Positions 9,375 through 17,885 of a DNA stretch of 64,000 nucleotides are shown here, one piece after another (position 1 is the first letter of the stretch; the number at the start of each line of letters is the position of its first letter). The position numbers and the translations under genes are program-made. The DNA is from an uncultured virus (IMG/VR IMGVR_UViG_3300005364_000001) (taxonomy: Duplodnaviria; Heunggongvirae; Uroviricota; Caudoviricetes): the IMG/VR virus record IMGVR_UViG_3300005364_000001. One strand, written 5' to 3'. The notes below the pieces were generated by a model. It did no database searches, was not told the DNA's origin, and worked only from the letters and a program-made list of their open reading frames with translations.

Positions 9375-9571
9375 GCCGGTTTCGCGTGGCCGCGCTCGAC
9401 CCGTACACGCTGCGCGCGTGCGCGGCCGAGCTCGAGCACCTCGCCGAGATCGCCGACGCGATCGCGCAGGTGGATCCCACGCACGCGGGGATCGGAAATG
9501 GCAAGCGGCTCACCGCGACCCGCTGGCGCAAGCGCGCCGAGCGCATCGAACGCGCGCGAGGGCGCGGCTAA
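9371..9571 (+). CDS. Small hypothetical protein
   Basis: GGAG RBS, GTGA coupling. Confidence 0.55.
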   Translation: MSRFRVAALDPYTLRACAAELEHLAEIADAIAQVDPTHAGIGNGKRLTATRWRKRAERIERARGRG

Positions 9572-9588
9572 GGCGATACCCTCGGGGC

Positions 9589-10896
9589 ATGCCGAGAGCC
9601 CCCGCAGCCGCCGCCAAGAAGCCCCCAAAGTCGCGCGCCGAGTACGACCTGCCGCCGGCGGTATGGGTCGCGACCAGCGAGCTCAAGCCGTGGATCAAAA
9701 ACCCGCGGCGCAACGATCACGTGGTCGACGACGTGGCCGAGTCGATGAAGCGCTTCGGGTTTGGCGCGCCGCTGGTCGCACGCCTGGCCAACGGCGAGAT
9801 CATCGCAGGGCACACGCGCTTGAAGGCCGCGCTCAAGCTCAAGTTTCCGCAGGTGCCCGTGCGCTACCTCGACCTCAGCGAGAAGGAGGCGCACCTGCTC
9901 GCCGCCGCGGACAACCGCCTCGGCGAAAAGGCCCAATGGGATGAGCGCGCGCTGCTCGAGCTGCTCAGCGAGTACGCGCCAGGCGACCGCACGCTCGCCG
10001 GGTGGTCGGACAAGGACCTCGCCGCGCTCGAGCGCGCCGCCAAGATCGGCAACGACGTGGTCGAGGACGAGCCCCCGCCGGTGCCCAAGGTGCCGATCAC
10101 CAAGCCGGGCGACGTCTGGCAGCTCGGGCGGCACCGGCTGATCTGCGGCGACTCGACCAAGCCCGAGACCTACGAGCGGCTTCTGCACGGCCGCCGCGTG
10201 GGCCTCATGGCCACCGATCCGCCGTACGGCGTCGAGGCCAAGACCGGCACCCGTAACCCCTTCTCGCCGGCGTACAAAAAGGGCGAGGCGCGCAACCGCT
10301 CGATCGAGAATGACGAGCTCAAGAAGGGCGACCTCGAGGAGTTCCTGCGCGCGGCGTTCGAGGCCTGCGCGCCGACGCTCAGCCCCGGGGCTAGCTGGTA
10401 CATCTGGTTCGCCGGGACGCACTCGCGCGAGTTCATCGCTGCGACCGATCAGCTCGGCGGCTTCAAGCACCAGCTCGTTTGGATCAAGGGCAAGTTCGTG
10501 TTCGGGCGGTCGGACTACCACTACAAGCACGAGCCCTGCCTGTACGGTTGGACGCTGGGCGCGGCGCACACCTGGCTCGGCTCGCGCGATCAATGCTCCG
10601 TGTTCGAGCTCAAGCTCGACAAGGCCGTCGGCGAGCTCGTGCACCCGAGCGTCAAGCCGGTGGAGCTGTACGCGATCCCGATCCGCAACCATCTCGGGGC
10701 CGACGGCGCGGTGCTCGACATCTTCGCCGGCACCGGGCCCGCCTTCTCGGCGGCCGAGCAGCTCGATCGCATCTGCTACGGGATTGAGCTCGCGCCCGGA
10801 TACTGTGATGTGATTGTCCAGCGCTGGGAAAAGCTCAGCGGCCAGGGGGCCACACGCGAGAGCGGAGCACGCCGAGCGCAGACCACGCAGGGATAA
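9589..10896 (+). CDS. ParB-N domain plus N6/N4 DNA methyltransferase
   Basis: KNPR.N...FGF..P....GEIIAGHTR..A (ParB-N), LG.HRL.CGDST, TDPPY, HP..KP, VLD.F.G.G. Confidence 0.9.
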   Translation: MPRAPAAAAKKPPKSRAEYDLPPAVWVATSELKPWIKNPRRNDHVVDDVAESMKRFGFGAPLVARLANGEIIAGHTRLKAALKLKFPQVPVRYLDLSEKEAHLLAAADNRLGEKAQWDERALLELLSEYAPGDRTLAGWSDKDLAALERAAKIGNDVVEDEPPPVPKVPITKPGDVWQLGRHRLICGDSTKPETYERLLHGRRVGLMATDPPYGVEAKTGTRNPFSPAYKKGEARNRSIENDELKKGDLEEFLRAAFEACAPTLSPGASWYIWFAGTHSREFIAATDQLGGFKHQLVWIKGKFVFGRSDYHYKHEPCLYGWTLGAAHTWLGSRDQCSVFELKLDKAVGELVHPSVKPVELYAIPIRNHLGADGAVLDIFAGTGPAFSAAEQLDRICYGIELAPGYCDVIVQRWEKLSGQGATRESGARRAQTTQG

Positions 10897-10913
10897 GCCC
10901 GGCGGACCTCGAG

Positions 10914-11366
10914 GTGCGTCGAGCGCTCTATGCCTCAAGCGGTGTGATCCTCGACAGTGGGCACGGTCCGGTGCGCGTGCTCGAGCCTGAGCGTCAGGTC
11001 GTGCCGCTCGGCGCGTTCAGCGGCTGCGCGGTGCGCATCGAGCTGCGCCTCTGCATCGCCGCATTGTGCAGCCAGTTCGGCCCTGCCGCGGCCTGCGTGT
11101 GGTGCGCGAAGGCGCGCGGCTGGACCCACTGCGCCGATCACGAGCTGCTCGAGGGCCTCGAGCGCGCCGCCGCCTGCGTCACGGAGATCGGCCGCGCGTG
11201 GGACTGGGCGTACGCGCTCGGGTACTACTGGTCCCCGCGAAAGCTGGCGTGGGGCCACCGGACCGACGGCACGCCCGAGGCACCGAGCGAGTACGTGCCG
11301 GGCGCGGCCGACGATGCAGCGGCGTACTCGCGCGCGATCCTGGAGGCGTGCCGTGGCCTTCCGTGA
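10914..11366 (+). CDS. Hypothetical Cys-containing protein
   Basis: GAGG before GTG; coding-like codons. Confidence 0.55.
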   Translation: MRRALYASSGVILDSGHGPVRVLEPERQVVPLGAFSGCAVRIELRLCIAALCSQFGPAAACVWCAKARGWTHCADHELLEGLERAAACVTEIGRAWDWAYALGYYWSPRKLAWGHRTDGTPEAPSEYVPGAADDAAAYSRAILEACRGLP

Positions 11367-11679
11367 TCTGCACGCGATCGGCCAACTGTTCGCCGAGTAC
11401 GCGGGCGAGGGCCGGCTCGAGGTCGCGCACTACGACGCCTATCAGCGGAAGCTCGCGTACAAACGCGAGTGGTACCAGTTCAATCGAGCGCGTGTCTGCG
11501 CGCACCAGCGGGCCTATTACCGCGCCAACAAGGCGACGATCAGCGCCAAGGACAAGGCGCGCAAGAACACCGAGGCCGAGCGGCGTAGGCGGCGCGCCAA
11601 GCACAAGCCGGGGCCGTCGAAGCCCTCGCAGCGAGCATGGTATGAGCGCAAGAAGGCCCAGAGAAAAGCCGCGGCCTAG
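11353..11679 (+). CDS. Basic hypothetical protein (K/R-rich, Y/W periodic helix)
   Basis: GGAGG RBS before GTG 11353; YKREWY...QRAYYRAN pattern. Confidence 0.6.
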   Translation: MAFRDLHAIGQLFAEYAGEGRLEVAHYDAYQRKLAYKREWYQFNRARVCAHQRAYYRANKATISAKDKARKNTEAERRRRRAKHKPGPSKPSQRAWYERKKAQRKAAA

Positions 11680-12067
11680 CGCGCGCTGCGAGCGCGCCGC
11701 GCGCGAGGTGCGCTACGTGGTCGCCCACAACCTGCACCGCCGGCGCCTTCTGCTCCGTATCACGACGCACGAGCTCGAGTTCCAGACTGGCATTCAGCGG
11801 GGGCTGCTCCGCTACTATGAGCGGGGGAAGGTGCTCCCCTCCTTGCACGTGCTGGCAGGCCTGGCGGCCGCGCTGGGGTGCCGGGTGGGCGAGCTGCTGA
11901 TCGACCGTCGAGGGAAGGGTGCCAACAAGCAAGGGCAGGGTCCGCGCCGCCGCGAAACGGCGCGTATCAGCCCGCAAACAGAGCGCGGGGCCTCGCCAAG
12001 GGTCACCCGACTGGATCCTGTCGCGGATCGATCGGCGGTACGTCGAGACCCTGATCGGTGCGCGTAG
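11642..12067 (+). CDS. XRE-family HTH regulator
   Basis: NL.RRR......ELE..TGI....L.YYERGK..PS...L..LA.ALGC.V.EL. Confidence 0.75.
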   Translation: MSARRPREKPRPSARCERAAREVRYVVAHNLHRRRLLLRITTHELEFQTGIQRGLLRYYERGKVLPSLHVLAGLAAALGCRVGELLIDRRGKGANKQGQGPRRRETARISPQTERGASPRVTRLDPVADRSAVRRDPDRCA

Positions 12068-12977
12068 GGTGGGGCTGCCGCTCGAGACCGCGGCCGCCAT
12101 GGCCGGGGTCGACCTCGAGGTGGCCGCAACCTGGCTCAAGCATGGCCGCGAGCTCGGCAAGCTCGGCGCCCGCAAGGCCTCGCAGCCCTACCTCGAGATG
12201 TGCCGCGAGCTGGCGGTCGAGTGGGATAAAGCCATCCCGGGCCTGGTCGCGGTGCTGCGCGGCTACATGCTGGGGCACGCCAAGCGCGACCCGAAGGCGT
12301 GCGTGCAGGCGCTCGCGAGCTACGAGCGCGAGTACGTCGAGCGCCGGCGTCGGGCGCACCGGCCCGCCCCCGAGCTGCCCGCGCACCTGGCTGAGCTCGG
12401 CGAGGACCTGTTCGAGCCCTTCGTGCCGCTCGAGCTCGCGCCGCCGGGGTCGGGCGCGGCGCCGCGGAGCGCCAAGTTCACGCGCACCAACCCCGACGGC
12501 TCGAGCACGTCGGTCGAGCTCACCGAGGGCGAGGGCGAGCTCGACGAGCGCAGCGACGAGGACCTCGAGCACTACGCAACGCACGGCCTTTGGCCCGAGG
12601 AGGTCAGCCGCCCGCACGTCGAGCTCGGGGAGGGGGGCCTGATCGACGCCGAGGGCGAGCCGGTGGCGCTCGAGCAGGTGCTCGACCAGGCCGCCGAGCT
12701 CGAGCAGGCCCTCGCCGGCGAGCTCACCCCGACCCGGCCCTCCGCCCGACCCGGCAAACCCCCGCCGGCGGCCGCCGGAGCGGGGCCAGGGCCGCGCCCG
12801 GCGCCGGCGCCCATGCCAACCCCGCCGCATGCGCCCTTGCGGCGTCTAGACCCCTTGGCGGGGCTGCGGGACACGGGGCCCACCGGGCAGGTCATCGACG
12901 CGGCCGCGGCCGCGCCGGCGTCGAGCGCCCCCGAAGCCCCGACGCTGCGCCGCGTCGACCCGCTCGAGGGCCGCTAG
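11919..12977 (+). CDS. Putative terminase small subunit with long acidic/Pro-rich tail
   Basis: G.PLETAAAMAGV......WL..G HTH; immediately precedes terL. Confidence 0.65.
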   Translation: MPTSKGRVRAAAKRRVSARKQSAGPRQGSPDWILSRIDRRYVETLIGARRVGLPLETAAAMAGVDLEVAATWLKHGRELGKLGARKASQPYLEMCRELAVEWDKAIPGLVAVLRGYMLGHAKRDPKACVQALASYEREYVERRRRAHRPAPELPAHLAELGEDLFEPFVPLELAPPGSGAAPRSAKFTRTNPDGSSTSVELTEGEGELDERSDEDLEHYATHGLWPEEVSRPHVELGEGGLIDAEGEPVALEQVLDQAAELEQALAGELTPTRPSARPGKPPPAAAGAGPGPRPAPAPMPTPPHAPLRRLDPLAGLRDTGPTGQVIDAAAAAPASSAPEAPTLRRVDPLEGR

Positions 12978-12978
12978 G

Positions 12979-14508
12979 GTGCGGACGGCGCTGCGCGCGG
13001 GGCCCGTGCGGCTGGTGGCGCTCAGCGCGCGCGGCAAGCTCGAGCAGCGGGTGCGCGCGCGCCGGGAGCAGGTGCTGCGCCGCGCGCGCACCGACCCGGT
13101 CGCGTTCGCCGAGTACGTGATCCTCGACGAGGTCACGCAGAAGCCGATCCGGCTCTCGACGATGCACCGCGCCTGGCAGCAGTACCTCACGGCCAACCCG
13201 TGGGCGGTGCTGGTCGCTCCAGTCGAGCACGGCAAGACGACTATTTTGGTCGCGCGCGTGCTGTTCGAGATGGGGAAAAACCCCGACATCCGCATCGGCT
13301 GGATCTCGGACAGCGAGGAGCAGGCCCTCACGGTGGTGGGCATCATTCGCCGCTACATCGAGGAGTCGCCCCGCCTCGCGCAGGTGTTTCCAAGGCTCAA
13401 GCGCAGCACTCGCCTCGGGCACACGTGGAACAAGCACGCGCTCGAGATCGAGCGCTCGCCCTACCTACGTAACCCAACGCTCAGGGCCTACGGATCGGGC
13501 ACCAAGATCGCCGGCGCACGCCTCGACCTGATCGTCTGCGACGACATCCTCAACCTCGACAACACGCTCACGCTCGAGGCCTGCCAGAAGACCCAACACT
13601 GGTTCGACGTCATGGTGCTCACGCGCGCGCAGGACAACCCCGAGACGGGCGAGCGCGCGAAGCTGTGGGTCGTGGGGACGCCCTTCACCGATAACGACAT
13701 CCTGCACGAGCTGCCCAAGCGCCCGAGCTTCGCAAGCCGCATCTACAGCGCGGTCGAAAACCCCGACGATGCGCCCGACAAGTGGCGCACGGTCTGGCGC
13801 GGCGTGTGGCCGCTCAAGCGGCTGCTCACGCGGCTGCGCGGCATGCTGCCCTCGGCGTTCGCGCGGAAGTACCTCTGCCGCGTCGTCAACGACATCAACA
13901 GCCGCTTCCCCGAGGCGACGATCAAGCAGGCGTTCGAGCTCGGCCGCGGGCTCACCTTCCAGACCCGGCGCCCGGTCGTGTACCCGGGGCCGCGCGCGCT
14001 GCGCTGCTGGACCGGCGTCGACCTCGGCGTGGGCGAGAAGGAGGGCGACGACCTCACCGCGCTGGTGACCGTGGCGCTGCGCGAGGACCGCACGCGGCAG
14101 GTGATCGACATCCGCTCAGGGCACTGGACCGCGGATGCGATCATGGATCAGATCGAGGAGGTCTATTACCGCTTCGAGTCGAGGGTGATCGTCGAGTCGG
14201 TGGCGGCGCAGCGCTGGTTGCTCCAGTTCGTGCGCAAGAGCCGGAAGGTGCCCGTCGAGCCCTACAACACGACCGCGCAGTCGAAATGGGATGAGACCTT
14301 CGGCATCGAGTCGATCGCGGTCGAGCTGCGTCAACGCCTGTGGCGCTTCCCGAGCGGCGAGACCGGCGAGGACTACCACCCCGAGCTGTGGGCCCTGCGC
14401 AACGAGATGATGAGCTACCGGCCCAAGGCGCACACGGGCGATCGGCTCATGGCACTCTGGTTCGCACGTGAGGGCATGCGCCGCACGCTCGGGGGGAAAT
14501 TCAAATGA
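12979..14508 (+). CDS. terL: Terminase large subunit
   Basis: Walker A APVEHGKTT, Walker B LIVCDD, VGTP coupling motif, nuclease GVDLG and HTGDRLMALW. Confidence 0.92.
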   Translation: MRTALRAGPVRLVALSARGKLEQRVRARREQVLRRARTDPVAFAEYVILDEVTQKPIRLSTMHRAWQQYLTANPWAVLVAPVEHGKTTILVARVLFEMGKNPDIRIGWISDSEEQALTVVGIIRRYIEESPRLAQVFPRLKRSTRLGHTWNKHALEIERSPYLRNPTLRAYGSGTKIAGARLDLIVCDDILNLDNTLTLEACQKTQHWFDVMVLTRAQDNPETGERAKLWVVGTPFTDNDILHELPKRPSFASRIYSAVENPDDAPDKWRTVWRGVWPLKRLLTRLRGMLPSAFARKYLCRVVNDINSRFPEATIKQAFELGRGLTFQTRRPVVYPGPRALRCWTGVDLGVGEKEGDDLTALVTVALREDRTRQVIDIRSGHWTADAIMDQIEEVYYRFESRVIVESVAAQRWLLQFVRKSRKVPVEPYNTTAQSKWDETFGIESIAVELRQRLWRFPSGETGEDYHPELWALRNEMMSYRPKAHTGDRLMALWFAREGMRRTLGGKFK

Positions 14509-14807
14509 CCGGATCCATCACAACGATCGACGGCAAGGTCGCCGCGTTCCACGGCGGCGACTTCGGCGACGCGCTCGAGTGCCTCAAGGGCGGGGGTCTC
14601 GTGCAGCGCGACGGCTGGAATGGCCAAGGCATGTGGCTGCGGCTCGAGGACCCAAGCGGCGCCCTCACGAAGGCCTTCATCGCGATGCGCACCGCCGACG
14701 CTGAGCATGTGCCTTGGCTGGCCTCGCAGACCGACCTCCTGGCGACCGACTGGGTCGGGTACCTGCCCCTGCCGCCGCCGTCTCCTCAAGAAGACAGATC
14801 CACATGA
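14505..14807 (+). CDS. DUF2829 / Tad2-like protein
   Basis: FG.AL..LK.G..V.R.GWNG.GM and VPW.ASQTD.LA.DW signatures. Confidence 0.85.
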   Translation: MTGSITTIDGKVAAFHGGDFGDALECLKGGGLVQRDGWNGQGMWLRLEDPSGALTKAFIAMRTADAEHVPWLASQTDLLATDWVGYLPLPPPSPQEDRST

Positions 14808-14878
14808 GCTAGGCCCGACGGCTCAATCTGGCCGGGCAATCGCGCCAACTCCGGTGTCTTCTAGAGAAGACAAAAAGG

Positions 14879-15166
14879 ATGCACCGCTCACCGTACCTAG
14901 CTAGGGACGTCCCCCTGGGCCTTTTCCCAGAAGGGGACGAGCGAGTGGTCGAGAAAAAGCGGTGCAAGGCAACCACGGTGCGGGGCAAGCAGTGCAAGGG
15001 GCGCGTGGTCGAGGGGGACTACTGTTACGCGCACGGCGGCGCGACGCGCGACCCGGTGGCGCTCTACCAGTGCACCGGCAAGAGCCGCACGGGCGAGCCG
15101 TGCTTTGCGCGGGTGCGCGAGCAGGGCGGGCGCTGCGCGTACCACGCGCGTCAGGCGCCGTCGTAA
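14879..15166 (+). CDS. Tandem C-x3-T/S-x2-G-x2-C...C-x2-H zinc-finger protein
   Basis: CKATTVRGKQC...CYAHGG and CTGKSRTGEPC...CAYH; start uncertain. Confidence 0.65.
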   Translation: MHRSPYLARDVPLGLFPEGDERVVEKKRCKATTVRGKQCKGRVVEGDYCYAHGGATRDPVALYQCTGKSRTGEPCFARVREQGGRCAYHARQAPS

Positions 15167-15176
15167 CATCGCCGGC

Positions 15177-15389
15177 ATGACGGACGCCGCTCAAGACACG
15201 CTGCCCCACATGCCGATCAACAACACGCCAGCGCCGGGCGCCGAGGACACCTCGCTGCCGCTCTCGATGCAGCGGCGCGAGCTCGCCGAGATGCGCACGA
15301 TCTCCGCGCGCCTCGATGCGATCGCCGACTCGCGCTCGCGCAAGCGCATCCTCGACTGGCTCGTCGCGCACTACGGCGCCGAAGCTTGA
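15177..15389 (+). CDS. Small hypothetical protein
   Basis: ATG 7 nt after TAACAT; high GC3. Confidence 0.6.
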   Translation: MTDAAQDTLPHMPINNTPAPGAEDTSLPLSMQRRELAEMRTISARLDAIADSRSRKRILDWLVAHYGAEA

Positions 15390-15420
15390 TCGCGCAGATC
15401 GAGGCCTGTACGCTCGGGTC

Positions 15421-15518
15421 GTCTTACCCCCTGGCGATGAGCGATCGTCGGCGGAACAGGGGGGCAGGCATAGGTGCTCGAGGGCCGCGGGAAATGGTTC
15501 CCGGGGCCCTCAGCTTTT
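15421..15518 (+). ncRNA. Candidate ~100-nt small RNA or attenuator leader
   Basis: TTGATC-17-TACGCT promoter (15386-15414), CCCCCTG/CAGGGGG stem, then GC hairpin followed by TTTT. Confidence 0.45.
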
Positions 15519-15530
15519 GGGGGGTGAGCG

Positions 15531-15749
15531 ATGGCGACCAGGGCAGACCTCGAGGCGCTCGCCGTGGCGTGGCGCGACGAGCAGCGCGCCAAAGAGGCCG
15601 TCACGTGGTGGACGACGAACGTGCAGGAGCACGCCGACAACCTGCTCAAGGCCGAGGCCGATGCGCGGCGGGCCGGCGTCGAGCTGGCCAAGCTCAGCGC
15701 GCGCGTTCGCGAGCTCGAGCAGCGGTGCGGGGTCATCCCAACTTCGTAA
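15531..15749 (+). CDS. Small coiled-coil protein
   Basis: High GC3, heptad pattern. Confidence 0.6.
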   Translation: MATRADLEALAVAWRDEQRAKEAVTWWTTNVQEHADNLLKAEADARRAGVELAKLSARVRELEQRCGVIPTS

Positions 15750-15766
15750 GCCGGAGAGCTGTCTGG

Positions 15767-15812
15767 ATGGTTGTGTATTGCGTAAGCATCGGAGCGGCGC
15801 GAGACTGGGTTC
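15767..15812 (+). promoter_or_regulatory. Promoter with 23-bp operator, homologous to the 3540-3586 leftward promoter
   Basis: atggttgtgtattgcgtaagcatcggagcgg aligns with atggtttggcattgcataaccatcggaacgg (reverse complement of 3556-3586). Confidence 0.65.
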
Positions 15813-16038
15813 ATGACGAACACGACCAAGCTCAGCACCGCCGACCAGATCCTCGCCACCCTCGGCACCGACGCGCTCAAGCGCTGGGGCGCCGCCCTAC
15901 AAACAGGACCACTGGCTGGTGTTTTTCATGCACGTCGACGAGCTCGGCCGCCAGCGGGTGCTCAGCACGATCGGGCCGATCTACTGGGACAACGTCAACA
16001 GCGCGATCACGCACGCGACGGGCCTTGCCTGGTTCTGA
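15813..16038 (+). pseudogene. Frameshifted small phage gene
   Basis: Codon usage breaks at ~15895 and continues in the +1 frame (YKQDHWLVFF...ITHATGLAWF*) up to the terminator. Confidence 0.5.
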
Positions 16039-16056
16039 GCCCGGCCCGACAAGGAC

Positions 16057-16092
16057 GAAAGGCCCCCGAGTGCTCAGCACCGGGGGCCTTTC
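16057..16092. terminator. Intrinsic terminator, possibly bidirectional
   Basis: GAAAGGCCCCCG...CGGGGGCCTTTC hairpin. Confidence 0.75.
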
Positions 16093-16187
16093 TAGCGTTT
16101 TGCCCCGCTGGGCCTTCCCCGCCGGGGGCGGGGGATCAGGTGCCGTTTTAGGTGCAGCTCGCGGGCGGGGCAAGTAGGTTCGCGTGC

Positions 16188-16397
16188 ATGAGCCGACCGC
16201 ACCCCATGGGCTCGATCCGCCGCGGCGATTCCAAGCCGCTCAGGCCCCTGCTGCTGAGCTCGAGCATCGCGAGCCTCCGTGAGATCCTCGAGGCCATGAC
16301 CCCCGAGGAGTTCGAGTCGCTGGCCACGGTCGAGCGGCGCCTCGCCCTGACGCTGCGCACGACGCTGCGCCGGTACGCGCACCAGGCGGCCCCGTGA
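16188..16397 (+). CDS. Small hypothetical protein
   Basis: ATG 7 nt after TAGGTT; GTGA coupling. Confidence 0.55.
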   Translation: MSRPHPMGSIRRGDSKPLRPLLLSSSIASLREILEAMTPEEFESLATVERRLALTLRTTLRRYAHQAAP

Positions 16398-16639
16398 GCC
16401 GCGCCCGGCGCCGGCGGCGCTACTGGGCCAGGCGCCGCGCTCGAGCGGCCGCCCGGGCGGACCTGGCGTGGTTTCACGCCGAGTGCGACCGGCTCGAGGG
16501 CGTGCTCGCCGAGCGCGAGGCGGTGCTCGAGCGGCTGGGGCTGTTCGGGCCCGCGGCGATCTTGAGCCAGGTCACCGTGCAGATGCAGCGCCTGGCCGAG
16601 CTGCGCGCACGCAGCGATCGCGGCCATGCCGACCGCTAA
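16394..16639 (+). CDS. Small hypothetical protein
   Basis: Coupled ORF, high GC3. Confidence 0.55.
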   Translation: MSRARRRRRYWARRRARAAARADLAWFHAECDRLEGVLAEREAVLERLGLFGPAAILSQVTVQMQRLAELRARSDRGHADR

Positions 16640-16880
16640 GCCAGCTCGCCGGCGTCGCTTGCTGGCCATGCTCGAGGCCGACGATCTCGTGCGCAGCGCG
16701 CGCTCGGCGCTGCCCCTGCTGCGCGACTCGGGCACAAACCGCGAGCTCACCGAGGCCGAGCTCGCCGCCCGCTGGCGCGCCCTGGCGGTCACGTACCGGG
16801 CGAAGGGGCGCCTGGCCATGGCCGCCTGGCTCGAGGCGCTGGTCGCCGAGCTCGAGCGGCTGAGCCGCCGCCGCCACTGA
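16626..16880 (+). CDS. Small hypothetical protein
   Basis: Overlapping ORF, high GC3. Confidence 0.55.
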   Translation: MPTAKPARRRRLLAMLEADDLVRSARSALPLLRDSGTNRELTEAELAARWRALAVTYRAKGRLAMAAWLEALVAELERLSRRRH

Positions 16881-16908
16881 CGCCGGGCCCCCCCGGCACC
16901 GACGTCAG

Positions 16909-17058
16909 CTCGACCCCTTGAAAAGCTCACCGGGTCGCCTGGCCAGGTGTCCGCGTCAGTGGCGTCGCTGCCTTTGAAAGCAGCGAGCCGGCGCCGCGTC
17001 GTAGTGAATCCGGGGCAGCGTCCCGCCCCCGACCGGGTGAGCTTTTCAAACCGTCGAG
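16909..17058. repeat. Long inverted repeat enclosing internal hairpins (candidate structured RNA)
   Basis: TTGAAAAGCTCACCGGGTCG (16918-16937) vs CGACCGGGTGAGCTTTTCAA (17030-17049), 19/20 complementary; outer CTCGAC/GTCGAG. Confidence 0.75.
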
Positions 17059-17130
17059 GCAAGCCATGTAGCGTCTTGTGCGGCCAACGCGCAAGCAGCG
17101 ATGCTCGCGATCAGCCGATACCCTCCAGCG

Positions 17131-17415
17131 TCGGCCAGGCTGGGCCCGGGAGTCATTACCCCGCGCCCGGCCGCCTTGATCTCGGGGGGCCTGCCGTCGT
17201 AGGCTGGTGCCGGTTCTGAGCCCTTGAAGCTGACCCTGTGTCGGGGGCCGGCGTGGGACGGGGGCTCGGAACCAAACCTGCTGCAAAATCAAGCGTCAAT
17301 CGTACGGGGCCCCGCCCCGACAACGGTTGACGCGGTTCGATGCGCAGAAGTTTGATTATGTAAACTCTGACGCAGCGCGTCAGGAGTAGGGCGGTTCCCG
17401 AGTCATCCCGGGACC
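17131..17415 (+). ncRNA. Candidate multi-hairpin ncRNA (~285 nt)
   Basis: TACCCT -10 at 17119; at least five stems, several with G-U pairs that work only on the + strand; no coding-like frame. Confidence 0.55.
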
Positions 17416-17424
17416 TTGCTCGCG

Positions 17425-17640
17425 TTACCGGCCCGGCTCGTCGCCGGGGCCTGTCAACATCTTTACAGGCTCGGGCCCCGCCTTGACCCAGGCGACGAGC
17501 TCGCTCGCGCACTCGGCGCACAGCTCAAGGCAGGACATCGGCGAGGCCTCGCGCAGCTTGTGGCTCAGGCAGTGCACGACGATCGGCCCGCCGTTGATCA
17601 GCTGGTAGCAGCGGTCGCAGACGCAATAGGGGGACCTCAC
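17425..17640 (-). CDS. Small zinc-finger protein
   Basis: CDRC and ELCAEC pairs; GTGA coupling. Confidence 0.65.
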   Translation of the reverse strand: MRSPYCVCDRCYQLINGGPIVVHCLSHKLREASPMSCLELCAECASELVAWVKAGPEPVKMLTGPGDEPGR

Positions 17641-17885
17641 GGCTCGTCAGCCTCGCCCGGGTCGTGCGCGGCGAGCAGCGCGGCCCGCCGTGCGGCTTCG
17701 GCCTGCTCGAGCTCAAGCAGGCGGCTATGGCGCCGGCGGCCGCACGCATCGCAGAAGTAGATCGGCGCGCCGATCATCGTGAACCCGCCGCCGGGGTGCT
17801 CGATGCAGCGCTCCGGCTCCTGGGTGTGTCGCGTGGGCGCGCCGCAGTCGCCACACATCGCCCGCTCTTGGATCGGCTCACTCAT
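17637..17885 (-). CDS. Small zinc-ribbon protein
   Basis: CGDC and CDAC; AAGGAGG RBS. Confidence 0.65.
   Translation of the reverse strand: MSEPIQERAMCGDCGAPTRHTQEPERCIEHPGGGFTMIGAPIYFCDACGRRRHSRLLELEQAEAARRAALLAAHDPGEADEP

Noticed and set aside
16909..17415. Retron msr-msd, tRNA or 6S RNA
   Set aside because: No reverse transcriptase in the window; GGTTCGA at 17334 has no cloverleaf context; resemblance to 6S (CCCAC-hairpin-TTCAA on the minus strand) conflicts with + strand G-U pairing
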